From: Candidatus Aenigmatarchaeota archaeon
GTDB taxonomy: Archaea; Aenigmatarchaeota; Aenigmatarchaeia; CG10238-14; SCSR01
DNA length: 49,363 bases
Assembly: GCA_039090665.1 (NCBI GenBank)
Contig: JAWCSL010000005.1
Span: forward strand, 1-49,363
Direction: 5' to 3'
Below, piece after piece: positions 28,998 through 39,830 of the stretch. A program made the translations under genes and the position numbers. Under the pieces are notes generated by a model. The model saw only the letters and a list, made by a program, of their open reading frames with translations, ran no database searches and was not told where the DNA came from. Position 1 is the stretch's first letter; every line of letters starts with the position of its first letter.

Positions 28998-29414
28998 ATG
29001 AAAATAAAATTTGACACAGAAACTATAAGATTAATGACCCTATTTGAAAATTTGACAGGTGTCACTGTTAAAGATTGTTTAATCGATGGAAATACTGTTT
29101 ATATCCTTGTGGACGAAAAAAATGTGGGAATGGCAATAGGCAGGAATGGAAATAGTGTAAAAAATGCTGAAAATGTGATGAAAAAAACAATAAAACTTTT
29201 CGGCTTTTCTGATGACTTGAGTAAGTTTGTAAAAAACCTCATACCAAAAGCCACGAATGTGAAAATAATAAACAATGGTGAGAAAACAATAGTTGAAGTT
29301 AATGTTGAAAAACAAGATAGACCTATAGTTATAGGTAGGGAAGGAAAAAATTTAAAAATAATTAAAGAATTACTTAAGAGAAATCATAATGTTGATGATT
29401 TGGTAATAAGGTGA
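28998..29414 (+). CDS. nusA: Archaeal NusA (KH domains)
   Basis: AIGRNG and [10 protein letters not shown] motifs; operon position. Confidence 0.93.
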   Translation: MKIKFDTETIRLMTLFENLTGVTVKDCLIDGNTVYILVDEKNVGMAIGRNGNSVKNAENVMKKTIKLFGFSDDLSKFVKNLIPKATNVKIINNGEKTIVEVNVEKQDRPIVIGREGKNLKIIKELLKRNHNVDDLVIR

Positions 29415-29418
29415 GAGA

Positions 29419-29841
29419 ATGCCTGGAGAGTTTTCGGCAAGGAGACTCAAGAGGGTCAGGAAAAAGTTTAGATGGAAGGATATTCATTACAAAAGAAGGG
29501 TTTTGCAATTGTGGAAGAAAGATCCACTTGAAGGGGCACCGCAAGCAAGAGGAATTGTTATCGAAAAGCGTGGTGTTGAACAAAGAAAACCTGCTTCCGG
29601 TCTAATAAAAGCAGTTAGGGTTCAGTTGATAAAAAACAATGTTCAAGTTACAGCTCATGTTCCTGGTGAAGGTGCTATAGATATTATAAACGAACATGAT
29701 GAAGTTTTAATTGAAAGTATAGGCGGTGCTCAAGGTGGTCCAAAAGGAAGCATGTGGGGAATTAAATATAAAGTTGTTGCTGTAAACGGCGTAGCTTTGA
29801 GCGAAATTCTATCTGGAAAGAAACAAAAGCCAACAAGGTAA
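29419..29841 (+). CDS. rps12: 30S ribosomal protein S12 (uS12)
   Basis: [28 protein letters not shown]. Confidence 0.95.
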   Translation: MPGEFSARRLKRVRKKFRWKDIHYKRRVLQLWKKDPLEGAPQARGIVIEKRGVEQRKPASGLIKAVRVQLIKNNVQVTAHVPGEGAIDIINEHDEVLIESIGGAQGGPKGSMWGIKYKVVAVNGVALSEILSGKKQKPTR

Positions 29842-29846
29842 CCTTT

Positions 29847-30449
29847 ATGGAAAAAATTAAAATATTTGGGAAATGGTCTGTTGAAGGAATAGAAGTTAAA
29901 GACCCTGGACTTAAAAGATATATAAACTTACAACCACAAATTATCCCAAAAACTGATGGAAGATATACACAACAACAATTTCATAAGTCTAAGATGAACA
30001 TAGTCGAAAGGCTAATAAATAAGTTGAGAGTTCCTGGTCATAGAGGAAAAAAACATGTATTAACTTCTGGTAGGGCTGTTGATAAAACTTTAACCCATTA
30101 TAAAATTGTTAAAGAAGCTTTTGAAAAAATTGAAAAAATAACTGGAAAAAATCCTATAGCTGTTTTGGTTGGAGCAATAGAAAATGCTGCTTTGAGAGAA
30201 GAAATCACAGCCTATCAGCTCGGTGGTATAATTGTTAGAAGAGCTGTTGTAACTAGTCCACAAAGAAGAGTTGATTTGGCTTTGAGAAACATAGTACAAG
30301 CTGCTTATAGAAAATCTTTCGGCAAAAAAATGTCTATGGTAGATGCTTTGGTAGAGGAAATCATTGGTGCTTATAATAACGATATAAGCAAATCTGAAGC
30401 CATAAAAGAGAGAGAAAGAATCGAAAGGGAAGCTGAAGGTGCAAGATAA
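29847..30449 (+). CDS. rps7: 30S ribosomal protein S7 (uS7)
   Basis: FGKW..V.DPGL, IVERLIN, SPQRRVDLAL. Confidence 0.96.
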   Translation: MEKIKIFGKWSVEGIEVKDPGLKRYINLQPQIIPKTDGRYTQQQFHKSKMNIVERLINKLRVPGHRGKKHVLTSGRAVDKTLTHYKIVKEAFEKIEKITGKNPIAVLVGAIENAALREEITAYQLGGIIVRRAVVTSPQRRVDLALRNIVQAAYRKSFGKKMSMVDALVEEIIGAYNNDISKSEAIKERERIEREAEGAR

Positions 30450-30516
30450 ACTTCAGGGAAAATTCAAAAAATATAAATATCTTTAGGATTAAAATTGTTG
30501 GAAAAGGTGAAGAAAA

Positions 30517-32709
30517 TTGGCCAAAAAAGAAATGATCGAAAGGATTAAAGAAACGATGAAAGATCCTACCAGGATTAGAAATGTTGCTACCTCTTCTCAT
30601 GTCCATCATGGAAAAACAACTCTAACTGACAACTTGATGGCTGGTGCAGGAATGCTTGCAGAAGAAATGGCAGGAAAAGTCATGTATACTTGGTTTGATG
30701 AACAAGAAAGAAGGAGACAACTCACCATTTATGGGGCAAATGTTAGTATGGTTCATGAATATGAAGGAAAAGATTATTTGATAAATTTGGTTGATACTCC
30801 TGGACATGTAGATTTTGGTGGTGATGTAACAAGGGCAATGAGAGCAGTCGATGGAACTATTGTTTTGGTCGATGCTGTTGAAAGTATAATGCCGCAAACA
30901 GAAACAGTTTTTAGACAAGCTCTAAGAGAATATGTTAAGCCTGTATTATTCATCAACAAAACTGACAGGTTAATAAAAGAACTTAAGCTCACACCAGAAC
31001 AAATGAAACAAAAGTTTGAAGAGATTATCCGAGATGTAAACATATTAATCCAAAAATATGCTCCGCCAGAATTCAAAGACAAATGGCTCGTTAATGTAGC
31101 TAATGGAAGTGTAGCTTTTGGCTCCGCTTACAAGAGATGGGCAATTTCTATTCCATTTATGCAAAAAACAGGCATAACTTTCAAAGACATAATTGATTTA
31201 ACTCTTCAAGGAAAAGAAGATGAATTAGCAAAAAAGGCACCTCTTCATCAAGTTGTTCTCGACATGATAATAAAACATCTACCCAATCCTCTAGAAGCTC
31301 AAAAATATAGGCTCCAAAAAATTTGGAAAGGTGATTTGAGTTCAGAAATTGGAAAGCAAATGCTAGCTTGTGATTCAAACGGTAAGCTTGCAGCAATTGT
31401 AACAAAAGTTGTTCCTGACCCACATGTTGGTTTTGTTGCGACTGCTAGAATTTTTTCTGGAAAAGTTTTCAAAGGCAAAGATGTATATTTAGTAGGACAA
31501 CATAAACAAGAGAAAATTCAGCAGGTTGCAGTTTATAAAGGTATTTTAAGAATTCCTGTTGAAGAAGTGACTGCTGGCAACATAGCTGCAATTGTTGGAA
31601 TACCAGAGGCCTTTACTGGCGAAACTATTTGTGAGCCAGATGCAATTATCGAACCTTTCGAAGAAATAAGACATTTGTTTGAGCCCGTAGTTACAAAAGC
31701 TATAGAACCAAAGAATGCTATGGATCTTCCAAAACTTGTCGAGGCTTTGAAGAGAATAGGAAAAGAAGATGCTGTACTACAAGTAAAAATAAACCAAGAA
31801 ACTGGTGAATATCTTGTTTCTGGTCTTGGTGAGCTTCACCTTGAAGCAAAAGTAGAGAACAAACTGAAAGAAATGGGAATTGAAGTTGAGATGAGCAAAC
31901 CTATAGTTGTTTATAGGGAAACTGTTTTTGGAAAATCTCCACAAATCGAAGGAAAATCTCCAAACAAACACAACCGCTTTTTCATAGTTGTCGAGCCGTT
32001 GGAGGATGGTGTCTACAAGGCTATGATAGAAGGTGAGATCCCAAGTGAAGAGGAGTTTAAAGGAAAACACACAGAAATGTTCAAGAAAATTTCTAATTTT
32101 GGAATGGATTATGATGAAGCCAAAAACATCATAGTAATTCACAACAAAAATGTTTTGATAGATATGACAAAAGGAATTCAATTCATGAATGAAGTTATAG
32201 AAATGGTTAAGGAAGCTTTTAGGAACGTGATGGATGAAGGTCCGTTGGCAAGAGAACCGTGCACAAAAGTTAAAGTAAAACTTGTTGATGCTGAATTACA
32301 TGAAGATCCTGTTCATCGTGGGCCTGGGCAAATTATCCCCGCAGTTAGACATGCAATAAGAGAAGGGATTCTCCACTCTAACCCAACTCTACTTGAGCCA
32401 AAACAAATAATAAGAATAGATGTTCCTTCTGAACTAGTTGGTGATGTAATAAGAGAAGTTGAAAATAGAAGGGGACAAATACTTGATATGAAAGAAGAGA
32501 GGGGAGCCAGTATTGTGGTAGCAAAGATTCCAGTAAGCGATATGTTTGGATTTGATGCAAGCTTGAAGTCTGCTACTTCTGGTAGAGGATTTTACAGTTT
32601 GGTTGAGACTGTTTTCGAGAAACTTCCTTCGGAGCTAAGAGATAGTGTTATAATTAGTATAAGAAAGAGGAAAGGTCTTCCTGAAGAAATTCCAAAACCA
32701 GAAACATAA
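30517..32709 (+). CDS. fusA: Elongation factor EF-2
   Basis: HGKTT, DTPGHVDF, NKTD, diphthamide loop HEDPVHRGP; TTG start with SD. Confidence 0.97.
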   Translation: MAKKEMIERIKETMKDPTRIRNVATSSHVHHGKTTLTDNLMAGAGMLAEEMAGKVMYTWFDEQERRRQLTIYGANVSMVHEYEGKDYLINLVDTPGHVDFGGDVTRAMRAVDGTIVLVDAVESIMPQTETVFRQALREYVKPVLFINKTDRLIKELKLTPEQMKQKFEEIIRDVNILIQKYAPPEFKDKWLVNVANGSVAFGSAYKRWAISIPFMQKTGITFKDIIDLTLQGKEDELAKKAPLHQVVLDMIIKHLPNPLEAQKYRLQKIWKGDLSSEIGKQMLACDSNGKLAAIVTKVVPDPHVGFVATARIFSGKVFKGKDVYLVGQHKQEKIQQVAVYKGILRIPVEEVTAGNIAAIVGIPEAFTGETICEPDAIIEPFEEIRHLFEPVVTKAIEPKNAMDLPKLVEALKRIGKEDAVLQVKINQETGEYLVSGLGELHLEAKVENKLKEMGIEVEMSKPIVVYRETVFGKSPQIEGKSPNKHNRFFIVVEPLEDGVYKAMIEGEIPSEEEFKGKHTEMFKKISNFGMDYDEAKNIIVIHNKNVLIDMTKGIQFMNEVIEMVKEAFRNVMDEGPLAREPCTKVKVKLVDAELHEDPVHRGPGQIIPAVRHAIREGILHSNPTLLEPKQIIRIDVPSELVGDVIREVENRRGQILDMKEERGASIVVAKIPVSDMFGFDASLKSATSGRGFYSLVETVFEKLPSELRDSVIISIRKRKGLPEEIPKPET

Positions 32710-32755
32710 ATATATTTAAATATTGGTGCTAAATAAGATTAGAAGGGTGAATGAA

Positions 32756-34033
32756 ATGCCCGCAAAACCAAACATTAACTTGATGACTGCTGGTCACGTA
32801 GATGCTGGAAAATCTACTTTGATAGGTAGATTACTCTACGACAGTGGAGCAATAAGAGAAGAAGAAATGAGAAAGTTGAAAGAATTGGCTAGTGAGTTAA
32901 AAAGAGAAACTTTTGAATTTGCTTTCGTTATGGATACAGTTAAAGAGGAAAGAGAAAGAGGTCTTACAATTGATATAATGCACAGGCCATTTGAAACACA
33001 GAAATGGTTCTTCACAATTATAGACTGTCCTGGACACAGAGATTTTGTCAAGAACATGATAACTGGTGCAAGCCAAGCTGATGCAGCAATCTTCGTTATT
33101 TCTGCCAAAACTGGAGAAGGTATACAAGAGCAAACAAAAGAACACGCATGGTTGTTAAAAGTACTTGGAGTGAACCAAATAATTGCAGTAATAAACAAGA
33201 TGGATACAGTAAATTATGATGAGAAAAGATTCAATGAAGTAAAAGAAGAAGCCATAAAACTTTTCAAGACGATTGGCTTCAAAGTTGAAGAAATTCCATT
33301 TGTTCCAGTTTCTGCCTATTATGGAGACAATGTTGTTAAAAAGTCTGATAAAATGCCGTGGTACAAAGGCGATACTTTAGTTGGAACTTTAGATGCTGTA
33401 ATAAAAGAACCTGAAAAACCCATAAACAAGCCTTTGAGATTACCAATTCAAGATGTTTATTCAATAACAGGAGTTGGTACTGTCCCGGTTGGAAGAGTTG
33501 AAACAGGCGTACTCAGGGTTAATGATACTGTGGTTTTTGAACCTGCTGGAGTGAAAGGTGAAGTAAAATCAATAGAAATTTTCCACAAACAAATTCCAGA
33601 AGCTAAGCCAGGTGATAATATTGGGTTCAATGTTCGAGGTATTGCAAAAGAACAATTGAGAAGAGGAGATGTAGCAGGACATCCTGATAATCCGCCAACT
33701 GTCGCTAAAGAATTCATAGCACAAATAATTGTTTTGCAACACCCAAGTGTTATTACAGTAGGTTATACACCTGTTTTCCATTGTCATACTGCGAGTGTTG
33801 CATGTAGAATAGAAGAAATAATTGCAAAAATTGATCCAAGAACAGGAGCAATAGTTCAAGAACATCCAGATTTCATTAAAACAGGAGATGCGGCAAAAAT
33901 TAGAGTTGTGCCCACAAAACCTATGGTGATAGAGAAGCAATCTGAGTTTCCAGAATTAGCAAGATTTGCCATAAGAGACATGGGAATGACCATAGCTGCA
34001 GGAATTTGTCTAGATGTAGTTAAAGCAAAATAA
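32756..34033 (+). CDS. tuf: Elongation factor EF-1 alpha
   Basis: [29 protein letters not shown]. Confidence 0.98.
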   Translation: MPAKPNINLMTAGHVDAGKSTLIGRLLYDSGAIREEEMRKLKELASELKRETFEFAFVMDTVKEERERGLTIDIMHRPFETQKWFFTIIDCPGHRDFVKNMITGASQADAAIFVISAKTGEGIQEQTKEHAWLLKVLGVNQIIAVINKMDTVNYDEKRFNEVKEEAIKLFKTIGFKVEEIPFVPVSAYYGDNVVKKSDKMPWYKGDTLVGTLDAVIKEPEKPINKPLRLPIQDVYSITGVGTVPVGRVETGVLRVNDTVVFEPAGVKGEVKSIEIFHKQIPEAKPGDNIGFNVRGIAKEQLRRGDVAGHPDNPPTVAKEFIAQIIVLQHPSVITVGYTPVFHCHTASVACRIEEIIAKIDPRTGAIVQEHPDFIKTGDAAKIRVVPTKPMVIEKQSEFPELARFAIRDMGMTIAAGICLDVVKAK

Positions 34034-34175
34034 AGTTTTGCTTTAATTTCCTTTACTCCTTAACTTTTTTGTTTCTATCAACTTTTTGTAACCAAATTGA
34101 TTATTTGAATTGGGTATCATTAAAAACCAAAAAGAATTTAAACTAAAGCAAATAAAAGAAGTTAAAGTGATATTC

Positions 34176-34496
34176 ATGCAATTCGCGAGGATAAAGCTTT
34201 CGAGCAAAGATCCAAAAGAATTAGATGCTATTTGCTCTGAGATAAAAGATATAGCAAAAAAGTTTGGTGTTTTAACTAGAGGTCCTATCCCTTTACCAAC
34301 AAAAATAATGAGAGTTGTGACCCTTAAAACCCCTTGTGGTGATGGATGTGGCCATGGTAATGCCACTTATGACAAATGGGAACTTAGAATTCATAAACGT
34401 GTTATTGATGTTCAAGCTGATGAAAGAGCTTTAAGACAAATAATGAGGATAAATGTTCCTCAAGGTGTACATATAGAAATAAAATTGCAGGATTAG
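34176..34496 (+). CDS. rps10: 30S ribosomal protein S10 (uS10)
   Basis: ARIKL, GPIPLPTK, WELRIHKR. Confidence 0.96.
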   Translation: MQFARIKLSSKDPKELDAICSEIKDIAKKFGVLTRGPIPLPTKIMRVVTLKTPCGDGCGHGNATYDKWELRIHKRVIDVQADERALRQIMRINVPQGVHIEIKLQD

Positions 34497-34593
34497 CTTA
34501 AATCCTAAAAGTAACATAATGATTTATGCTTGTTCCAGTTTTAAAAGCTTAAAAAGAATAGTGATAATTTATATGTAATTAAGGTTTGCGGAA

Positions 34594-35508
34594 GTGTATG
34601 AGATGAAAATTTTGCCAATAGCTTTTGATAGTCTTGGTACAAGATCTATGGCCTGCTTGATTATCACAAATGACAAAAAAATTTTCATAGATCCAGGTGT
34701 TTCCCTGGCTCCGATAAGATATGGTCTTCAACCACATTCAATAGAATTAAAGAAATTGGAAGAACATTGGAAAAAAATTGTTGAAACAGCTAAGCAGTCT
34801 GACATTTTGATTATAACTCACTATCATTATGACCATCATAATCCTTGGGAAAATTTGGAAATTTATGATAAAAAAATTGTCCTAATTAAACACCCTACGC
34901 AAAAAATAAACTTCAGTCAAAAGAAAAGAGCCTCTTTCTTTATTGAAAAAATTAAAGGTCTTCCAGAATGCTTGGAATATGCTGATGAAAAAGAGTTTAA
35001 ATTTGGTAAAATTGAAGTTGCTTTCTCAGAGCCTGTTTTTCATGGCACAAATCCTAAATTGGGTTTGGTAATTGAAGTTTTGATAAAAGAAGGTAAGGAA
35101 AGCTTCATATTTACAAGTGATGTCGAAGGGCCAGCAATTGAAAGTCAAGCTGATTTTATCTTGGAGAATAAGCCTGATTATCTGATTGTTGATGGACCTA
35201 TGACTTATATGCTTGGTTACAGATATAGTTATGAAGATTTTCAAGTTTCAATACAAAATTTAATTAAATTTGTTGAAGAAATTTGTCCAAAGTTTTTAAT
35301 TTTGGATCATCATTTACTTAGAGATTTGAAATACAGAGAAAAAATTATGCCTGTTATAAAAATTGGTGAAAGATATGGAACAAAAGTTTTGACAGCTGCA
35401 GAATTTTTAAATAAGGATGTAGAAATGCTGGAAGCAAAGAGAAAAGAATTATATCAAAAATACCCTGAATCTAATATTAAAGAGTGGAAAAGAGTTTTTG
35501 AGGAGTAA
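34594..35508 (+). CDS. Metallo-beta-lactamase-fold protein (UPF0282-like)
   Basis: DSLGTRSM, IDPGVSLAP.R, THYHYDHH, SDVEG, DHHLLRD. Confidence 0.88.
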   Translation: MYEMKILPIAFDSLGTRSMACLIITNDKKIFIDPGVSLAPIRYGLQPHSIELKKLEEHWKKIVETAKQSDILIITHYHYDHHNPWENLEIYDKKIVLIKHPTQKINFSQKKRASFFIEKIKGLPECLEYADEKEFKFGKIEVAFSEPVFHGTNPKLGLVIEVLIKEGKESFIFTSDVEGPAIESQADFILENKPDYLIVDGPMTYMLGYRYSYEDFQVSIQNLIKFVEEICPKFLILDHHLLRDLKYREKIMPVIKIGERYGTKVLTAAEFLNKDVEMLEAKRKELYQKYPESNIKEWKRVFEE

Positions 35509-35510
35509 AA

Positions 35511-36152
35511 ATGAAGAAGATTGATGAATTAAGAAAGTTATATGAAGAAAAAAATGAAGAAATCAAACAAAAAATTCTTGAATTCAAAAGAATGATGAAT
35601 GAAAACAATGAAAGAATTTTTGCTGAGCTGGCTTTTTGTATTTGCACACCACAATCCAAAGCATTAGATGCTTGGGAATCCGTAAGCAAGCTAGCAGACA
35701 ATGGTTTACTTTACAGGGGCAATGCCAAACAAATCTCACCTTTTTTAAAAGTGAGGTTCAACAAAAATAAAGCAAAATATATAATTGAAGCGAGAAAAAA
35801 ATTTACAGTTGATGAAAAAATTCAAATTAAAGAATTTCTTCAATCTTTTATAGACCCTTTAGAATTGAGAGAATGGTTGGTCAAGAACTTGAAAGGTCTT
35901 GGGATGAAAGAAGCTTCTCATTTTTTAAGAAATATTGGTTTAAGTGGCAACCAACTAGCAATTTTAGATATTCATATATTAAAGAACTTGAAAGATTTGG
36001 GAATAATTGATGAGATTCCAAAAAAATTAACAAAAAAAGAATATTTTAAGATTGAAAATAAAATGAAAGAATTCTCGAAACAAATTAATATCCCCCTTGA
36101 TGAACTAGATTTACTTCTCTGGTCTAAAGAAACTGGTTTCATTTTCAAATGA
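35511..36152 (+). CDS. ogg: 8-oxoguanine DNA glycosylase/AP lyase
   Basis: ELAFCICTPQS, HhH KGLGMKEASHFLRNIG, AILD.H, LDLLLW. Confidence 0.92.
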   Translation: MKKIDELRKLYEEKNEEIKQKILEFKRMMNENNERIFAELAFCICTPQSKALDAWESVSKLADNGLLYRGNAKQISPFLKVRFNKNKAKYIIEARKKFTVDEKIQIKEFLQSFIDPLELREWLVKNLKGLGMKEASHFLRNIGLSGNQLAILDIHILKNLKDLGIIDEIPKKLTKKEYFKIENKMKEFSKQINIPLDELDLLLWSKETGFIFK

Positions 36153-36193
36153 GTATGAAAAAGGCAAATTACTTCAAATTTTATTTGGAGTTA

Positions 36194-37282
36194 TTATAGC
36201 TTCATTTTATCATATTTAATCTTCAAATCATTTCCTCTCCATTCAAAAACTGGAACCTCCCTTCTTAATTTCTTGAATTTCTCACTTAGTGCGTGCACAA
36301 CTATTGGTAAGGCTATAGTTGCATCTGTATAACACTGAACCATTTTTGCAGATGTGCTGATTTTACCCCAACTTTTACCTTCTTCAAAAGTACATCCAGA
36401 TAAACCTCCCCATTGAGGTAGATCAGTAGAGATTTGTATTGCAAAACTGTGACTTTTATCATGCCTTGTTTGATAGCTTGCAATTACTGCTGTTTGTTGT
36501 ATGAAGTTCTTTGGTACACCTCCACCAATATATATTACACCAGTAGCTTTTGCTTTTTCTGTTATTTTTGAACTCTCATCAACATCTTTTAAACCATCCC
36601 AAACAATTCTTTTCCTCTTAAAAACAATTTTTCTATCACCAACTCTCTTACTGAATTTTCTTCTATTTGCAAACATTATTGAGAAACCTAAAGAACTATC
36701 GCCAAATGCTGGACAAAATATTGGAATTTTTTGTCTGAAAGCATTTATCAAAATTGAGTTTTTGTCTTTTGCAACCTGATTTAATCTCTTTCCTAAAAGG
36801 TAAAGGATTTCACGAGAAGAATAGAAATAATAATCCTTTAATGTCCTGGAAAAATCTCTTTCAATCCAGTTATCAACCCAATAGAATTTCTTCTCACTCG
36901 CAAAAACATCATAAATTCTATCTACCTTCATTTTCCTTAACTTTACATCATCTATCAAATGGGTTCCAACATAATGCTTAATCCCTAAAGCTTCAACACA
37001 ATCATGATATAAGTTTGCTCCTGTAGAAACTATAACATCTATCATTCTTCTTCGAATAAGATAAGAAATTATTTTTCTCATTCCAGCCGGGACCATTGCA
37101 CCGGCTAGACCAAACCAAATCACTATTTTTTTCTTTTTAAGCATTTTTGCCCAAACTTCTATTACTTCAGCAAGCTTTCTACCTTGATAACCAGTATAAA
37201 GCATTTCTTTTGTCAATTCACTGATTTTCTTATCAGGCCAAACATCGATTGGTTGGGTTGGTATTTTTAAAAACTTCTTCAC
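36194..37282 (-). CDS. dys: Deoxyhypusine synthase family protein
   Basis: AGAMVPAG, STGANLYHD, GGGVPKNF, GGLSGCTFEEGKSWGK, DATIALP. Confidence 0.92.
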   Translation of the reverse strand: MKKFLKIPTQPIDVWPDKKISELTKEMLYTGYQGRKLAEVIEVWAKMLKKKKIVIWFGLAGAMVPAGMRKIISYLIRRRMIDVIVSTGANLYHDCVEALGIKHYVGTHLIDDVKLRKMKVDRIYDVFASEKKFYWVDNWIERDFSRTLKDYYFYSSREILYLLGKRLNQVAKDKNSILINAFRQKIPIFCPAFGDSSLGFSIMFANRRKFSKRVGDRKIVFKRKRIVWDGLKDVDESSKITEKAKATGVIYIGGGVPKNFIQQTAVIASYQTRHDKSHSFAIQISTDLPQWGGLSGCTFEEGKSWGKISTSAKMVQCYTDATIALPIVVHALSEKFKKLRREVPVFEWRGNDLKIKYDKMKL

Positions 37283-37351
37283 AAAAATAATTTGTGTCTA
37301 CTCACGGAAATAATTTATTCTCAATAAAATAAGTTAATTAATAGTGGTTAA

Positions 37352-39826
37352 TTGAAAGAAAATTTGCTCATTTTGGATGTAGACTATGTTATAATTGATG
37401 ATAAACCAACTATTAGACTTTTCTGTAAAAATTCGTCCGGCAAGACTTTTATTGTTTTAGATCAAAATTTTTCACCATATTTTTATGCTTTGCCTAAGAA
37501 GGATAAGTTGCTTGAACTCAAGAAGAAAATTGAAATGCTAGATTTGAATAAACTTGGTGTAAAATCTTTATTTGTTGAGGTTTTAGAAAAAAAGTGGCAA
37601 AATGAGAATGTAAAGTTAATTAAAATCACTCTTGACAATCCCAAAAAAATTCAAAATGTAAGAGATGTTATAAAAGATTGGGACGAAGTGGAAGAGACAT
37701 ATGAATATGATATTGTTTTCTATAAACGCTACTTGATAGATAAACAACTAGAACCAATGGGTTGGATTGAAGTTGAAGGAGAAAAAATTGAAAATAAAGA
37801 AGGATATTCAGTTAGCGAAACAATAAAAGCTGAATCAATAAAACCGATTAAAAAAGAGATGGAAACTGAATTTAAAGTCTTAGCCTTTGACACCGAATTT
37901 ATAGAAGAAAATGGAGAATCACAACTAATAATGTTAAGTATATTCTCAAACAATGGAACTAAAAAGGTCATAACATCCAAATCATGGAAAAATCAACCAA
38001 GTTATGTTGAAGTTGTAAATGGAGAAAAAGAGATAATTGAAAAATTTTTGGAAATTATCAAAAAACTCGATCCTGATTTCATATGCAGTTACAATGGTGA
38101 TAATTTCGATTTTCCTAAACTCAAACAAAGGGCTGCAGCTCTCAAGATTCCTTTAACACTTGGTAGAGATAATTCTACTGTCCAATTGGTAAGAAGAGGA
38201 AAGATAAGCTCAGCTAGAATTAGGGGTAGAGTTCATATTGATTTATTCAATTTCATTGATCACATACTTTCAGCAAATATGAAGAGTGAAGTTTTGACTT
38301 TAAATGAAGTTGCACAAGAGTTACTTGGAATGGGAAAAAAAGAAATGAAATATAAAGAGATGATCGAAATATGGAAAAATAAAGAACAGATGGAAAAATT
38401 AGCTGAATATAGCTTGCATGATTCTTTCCTTACATTCAAACTTTCTGAAATAATTTTACCACAAATTTTTGCTTTGTGTAAAGTTACGGGACTTCTTCCT
38501 TTTGATGTTTGTAGAAACACTTATTCTCAATTGGTTGAAGCTTTTTACACAAGAAGGGCTTTTTCTGATAATGTTTTGATTCCAAACAGACCAAAAAAAG
38601 AAGAGATAGAAAAGAGAAAAATGGCCCCTGTTTACAAAGGAGCAATTGTAATAGAACCAAAGAAAGGAATTCACTCTGACATTTTAGTATTCGATTTTCG
38701 GAGCTTGTACCCTACCATAATTTGTACACATAATATATCTCCAGAAACTTTTAATTGTGAGCATGAAGAATGTAGAGAAAAAAACAAAGTTCCAGAAACC
38801 AATTGGCACTTTTGTATAAAAGTAAAAGGTTTTATACCAAAACATTTAGAAGATTTGATAAAAGAAAGGTTAGAGATCAAAAAAAAGATGAAAAATTTAA
38901 AACCAGAAACTGAAGAGTACAAGCTCTTAGATAATAGACAATTTGCTTTAAAAACAATAGCTAATGCTTCTTATGGATATTTTGGGTTTGTAGGAGCAAG
39001 ATGGTATAAACGCGAGTGTGGAGCCTCAACAGCAGCTTTCGGGAGGTATTATATAACCTATGTTTTAGAAGAAGCAAAAAAGAATGGATTCGAAATAATC
39101 TATGGAGATACAGACTCTCTTATGGTCAAATGTCCTAGAAAGTTTCCAAAAGAAAAATTGGAAGAAATTGGTGAAAATTTTGTAAATTCAGTCAATAAAA
39201 AACTACTTGGAATGATTGAATTAGAGTTTAGAGATTTGTATGAGGGGGGTATTTTTGTAACGAGAGAAAAGGGAGAGGTTGGTGCAAAGAAAAGGTATGC
39301 TTTACTGGATTATAATGGAAATATCGAAATAAGAGGGTATGAAGCTGTAAGAAGAGATTGGTGTGAACTTAGCAAGAAAATACAAAGAGATGTTTTATTA
39401 ACAATTTTAAAAGAAAAAAACCCTGAAAAAGCCATTTCTTTGGTAAAAGAAGTGATCAAAAATATAAGAGAAGGTAAGGTTAACCTTGAAGATTTGGTTA
39501 TTTTTGAACAAATAACCAGACCATTAAGCCAATATGAACAAATTAGCCCTCATGTGAAAGCTGCACAAAAAGCAAGATCCAGAGGAAGACCAATAGGAGA
39601 AGGTAGCATTATTGGTTTTGTAATAGTGAAAGGTTCTGGTTCTATTTCAGATAGAGCAGAACCTATTGAAGATGTTAAACCTGGTGAATATGATCCAGAA
39701 TATTACATTCATCATCAAATACTTCCAGCAAGTATGCGTGTTTTAAAAGCACTTGGAATAACAAAAGATGAAATTTTAAGTGAGAAAAAACAGAAAAAAA
39801 TATTGAGTTATTTTGATAAAAGATGA
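37352..39826 (+). CDS. polB: Family B DNA polymerase
   Basis: Exo motifs FDTE, YNGDNFD, Y...D; polymerase motifs DFRSLYP, K..AN..YGY, YGDTDS; no intein. Confidence 0.96.
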   Translation: MKENLLILDVDYVIIDDKPTIRLFCKNSSGKTFIVLDQNFSPYFYALPKKDKLLELKKKIEMLDLNKLGVKSLFVEVLEKKWQNENVKLIKITLDNPKKIQNVRDVIKDWDEVEETYEYDIVFYKRYLIDKQLEPMGWIEVEGEKIENKEGYSVSETIKAESIKPIKKEMETEFKVLAFDTEFIEENGESQLIMLSIFSNNGTKKVITSKSWKNQPSYVEVVNGEKEIIEKFLEIIKKLDPDFICSYNGDNFDFPKLKQRAAALKIPLTLGRDNSTVQLVRRGKISSARIRGRVHIDLFNFIDHILSANMKSEVLTLNEVAQELLGMGKKEMKYKEMIEIWKNKEQMEKLAEYSLHDSFLTFKLSEIILPQIFALCKVTGLLPFDVCRNTYSQLVEAFYTRRAFSDNVLIPNRPKKEEIEKRKMAPVYKGAIVIEPKKGIHSDILVFDFRSLYPTIICTHNISPETFNCEHEECREKNKVPETNWHFCIKVKGFIPKHLEDLIKERLEIKKKMKNLKPETEEYKLLDNRQFALKTIANASYGYFGFVGARWYKRECGASTAAFGRYYITYVLEEAKKNGFEIIYGDTDSLMVKCPRKFPKEKLEEIGENFVNSVNKKLLGMIELEFRDLYEGGIFVTREKGEVGAKKRYALLDYNGNIEIRGYEAVRRDWCELSKKIQRDVLLTILKEKNPEKAISLVKEVIKNIREGKVNLEDLVIFEQITRPLSQYEQISPHVKAAQKARSRGRPIGEGSIIGFVIVKGSGSISDRAEPIEDVKPGEYDPEYYIHHQILPASMRVLKALGITKDEILSEKKQKKILSYFDKR

Positions 39827-39830
39827 TTAA

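Noticed and set aside
34338..34370. Possible BHB intron in rps10 (ATGG/CCAT helix, GTGGC/GCCAC hairpin)
   Set aside because: The predicted cuts remove 10 nt and would frameshift an intact ORF
34509..34534. dif-like site ACATAA-TGAT-TTATG downstream of rps10
   Set aside because: The spacer is 4 nt rather than 6 and the outer arms do not pair
36600..36670. Basic insertion in deoxyhypusine synthase as an in-frame intron
   Set aside because: No hairpin or BHB found; it looks like a protein-level insertion or local duplication
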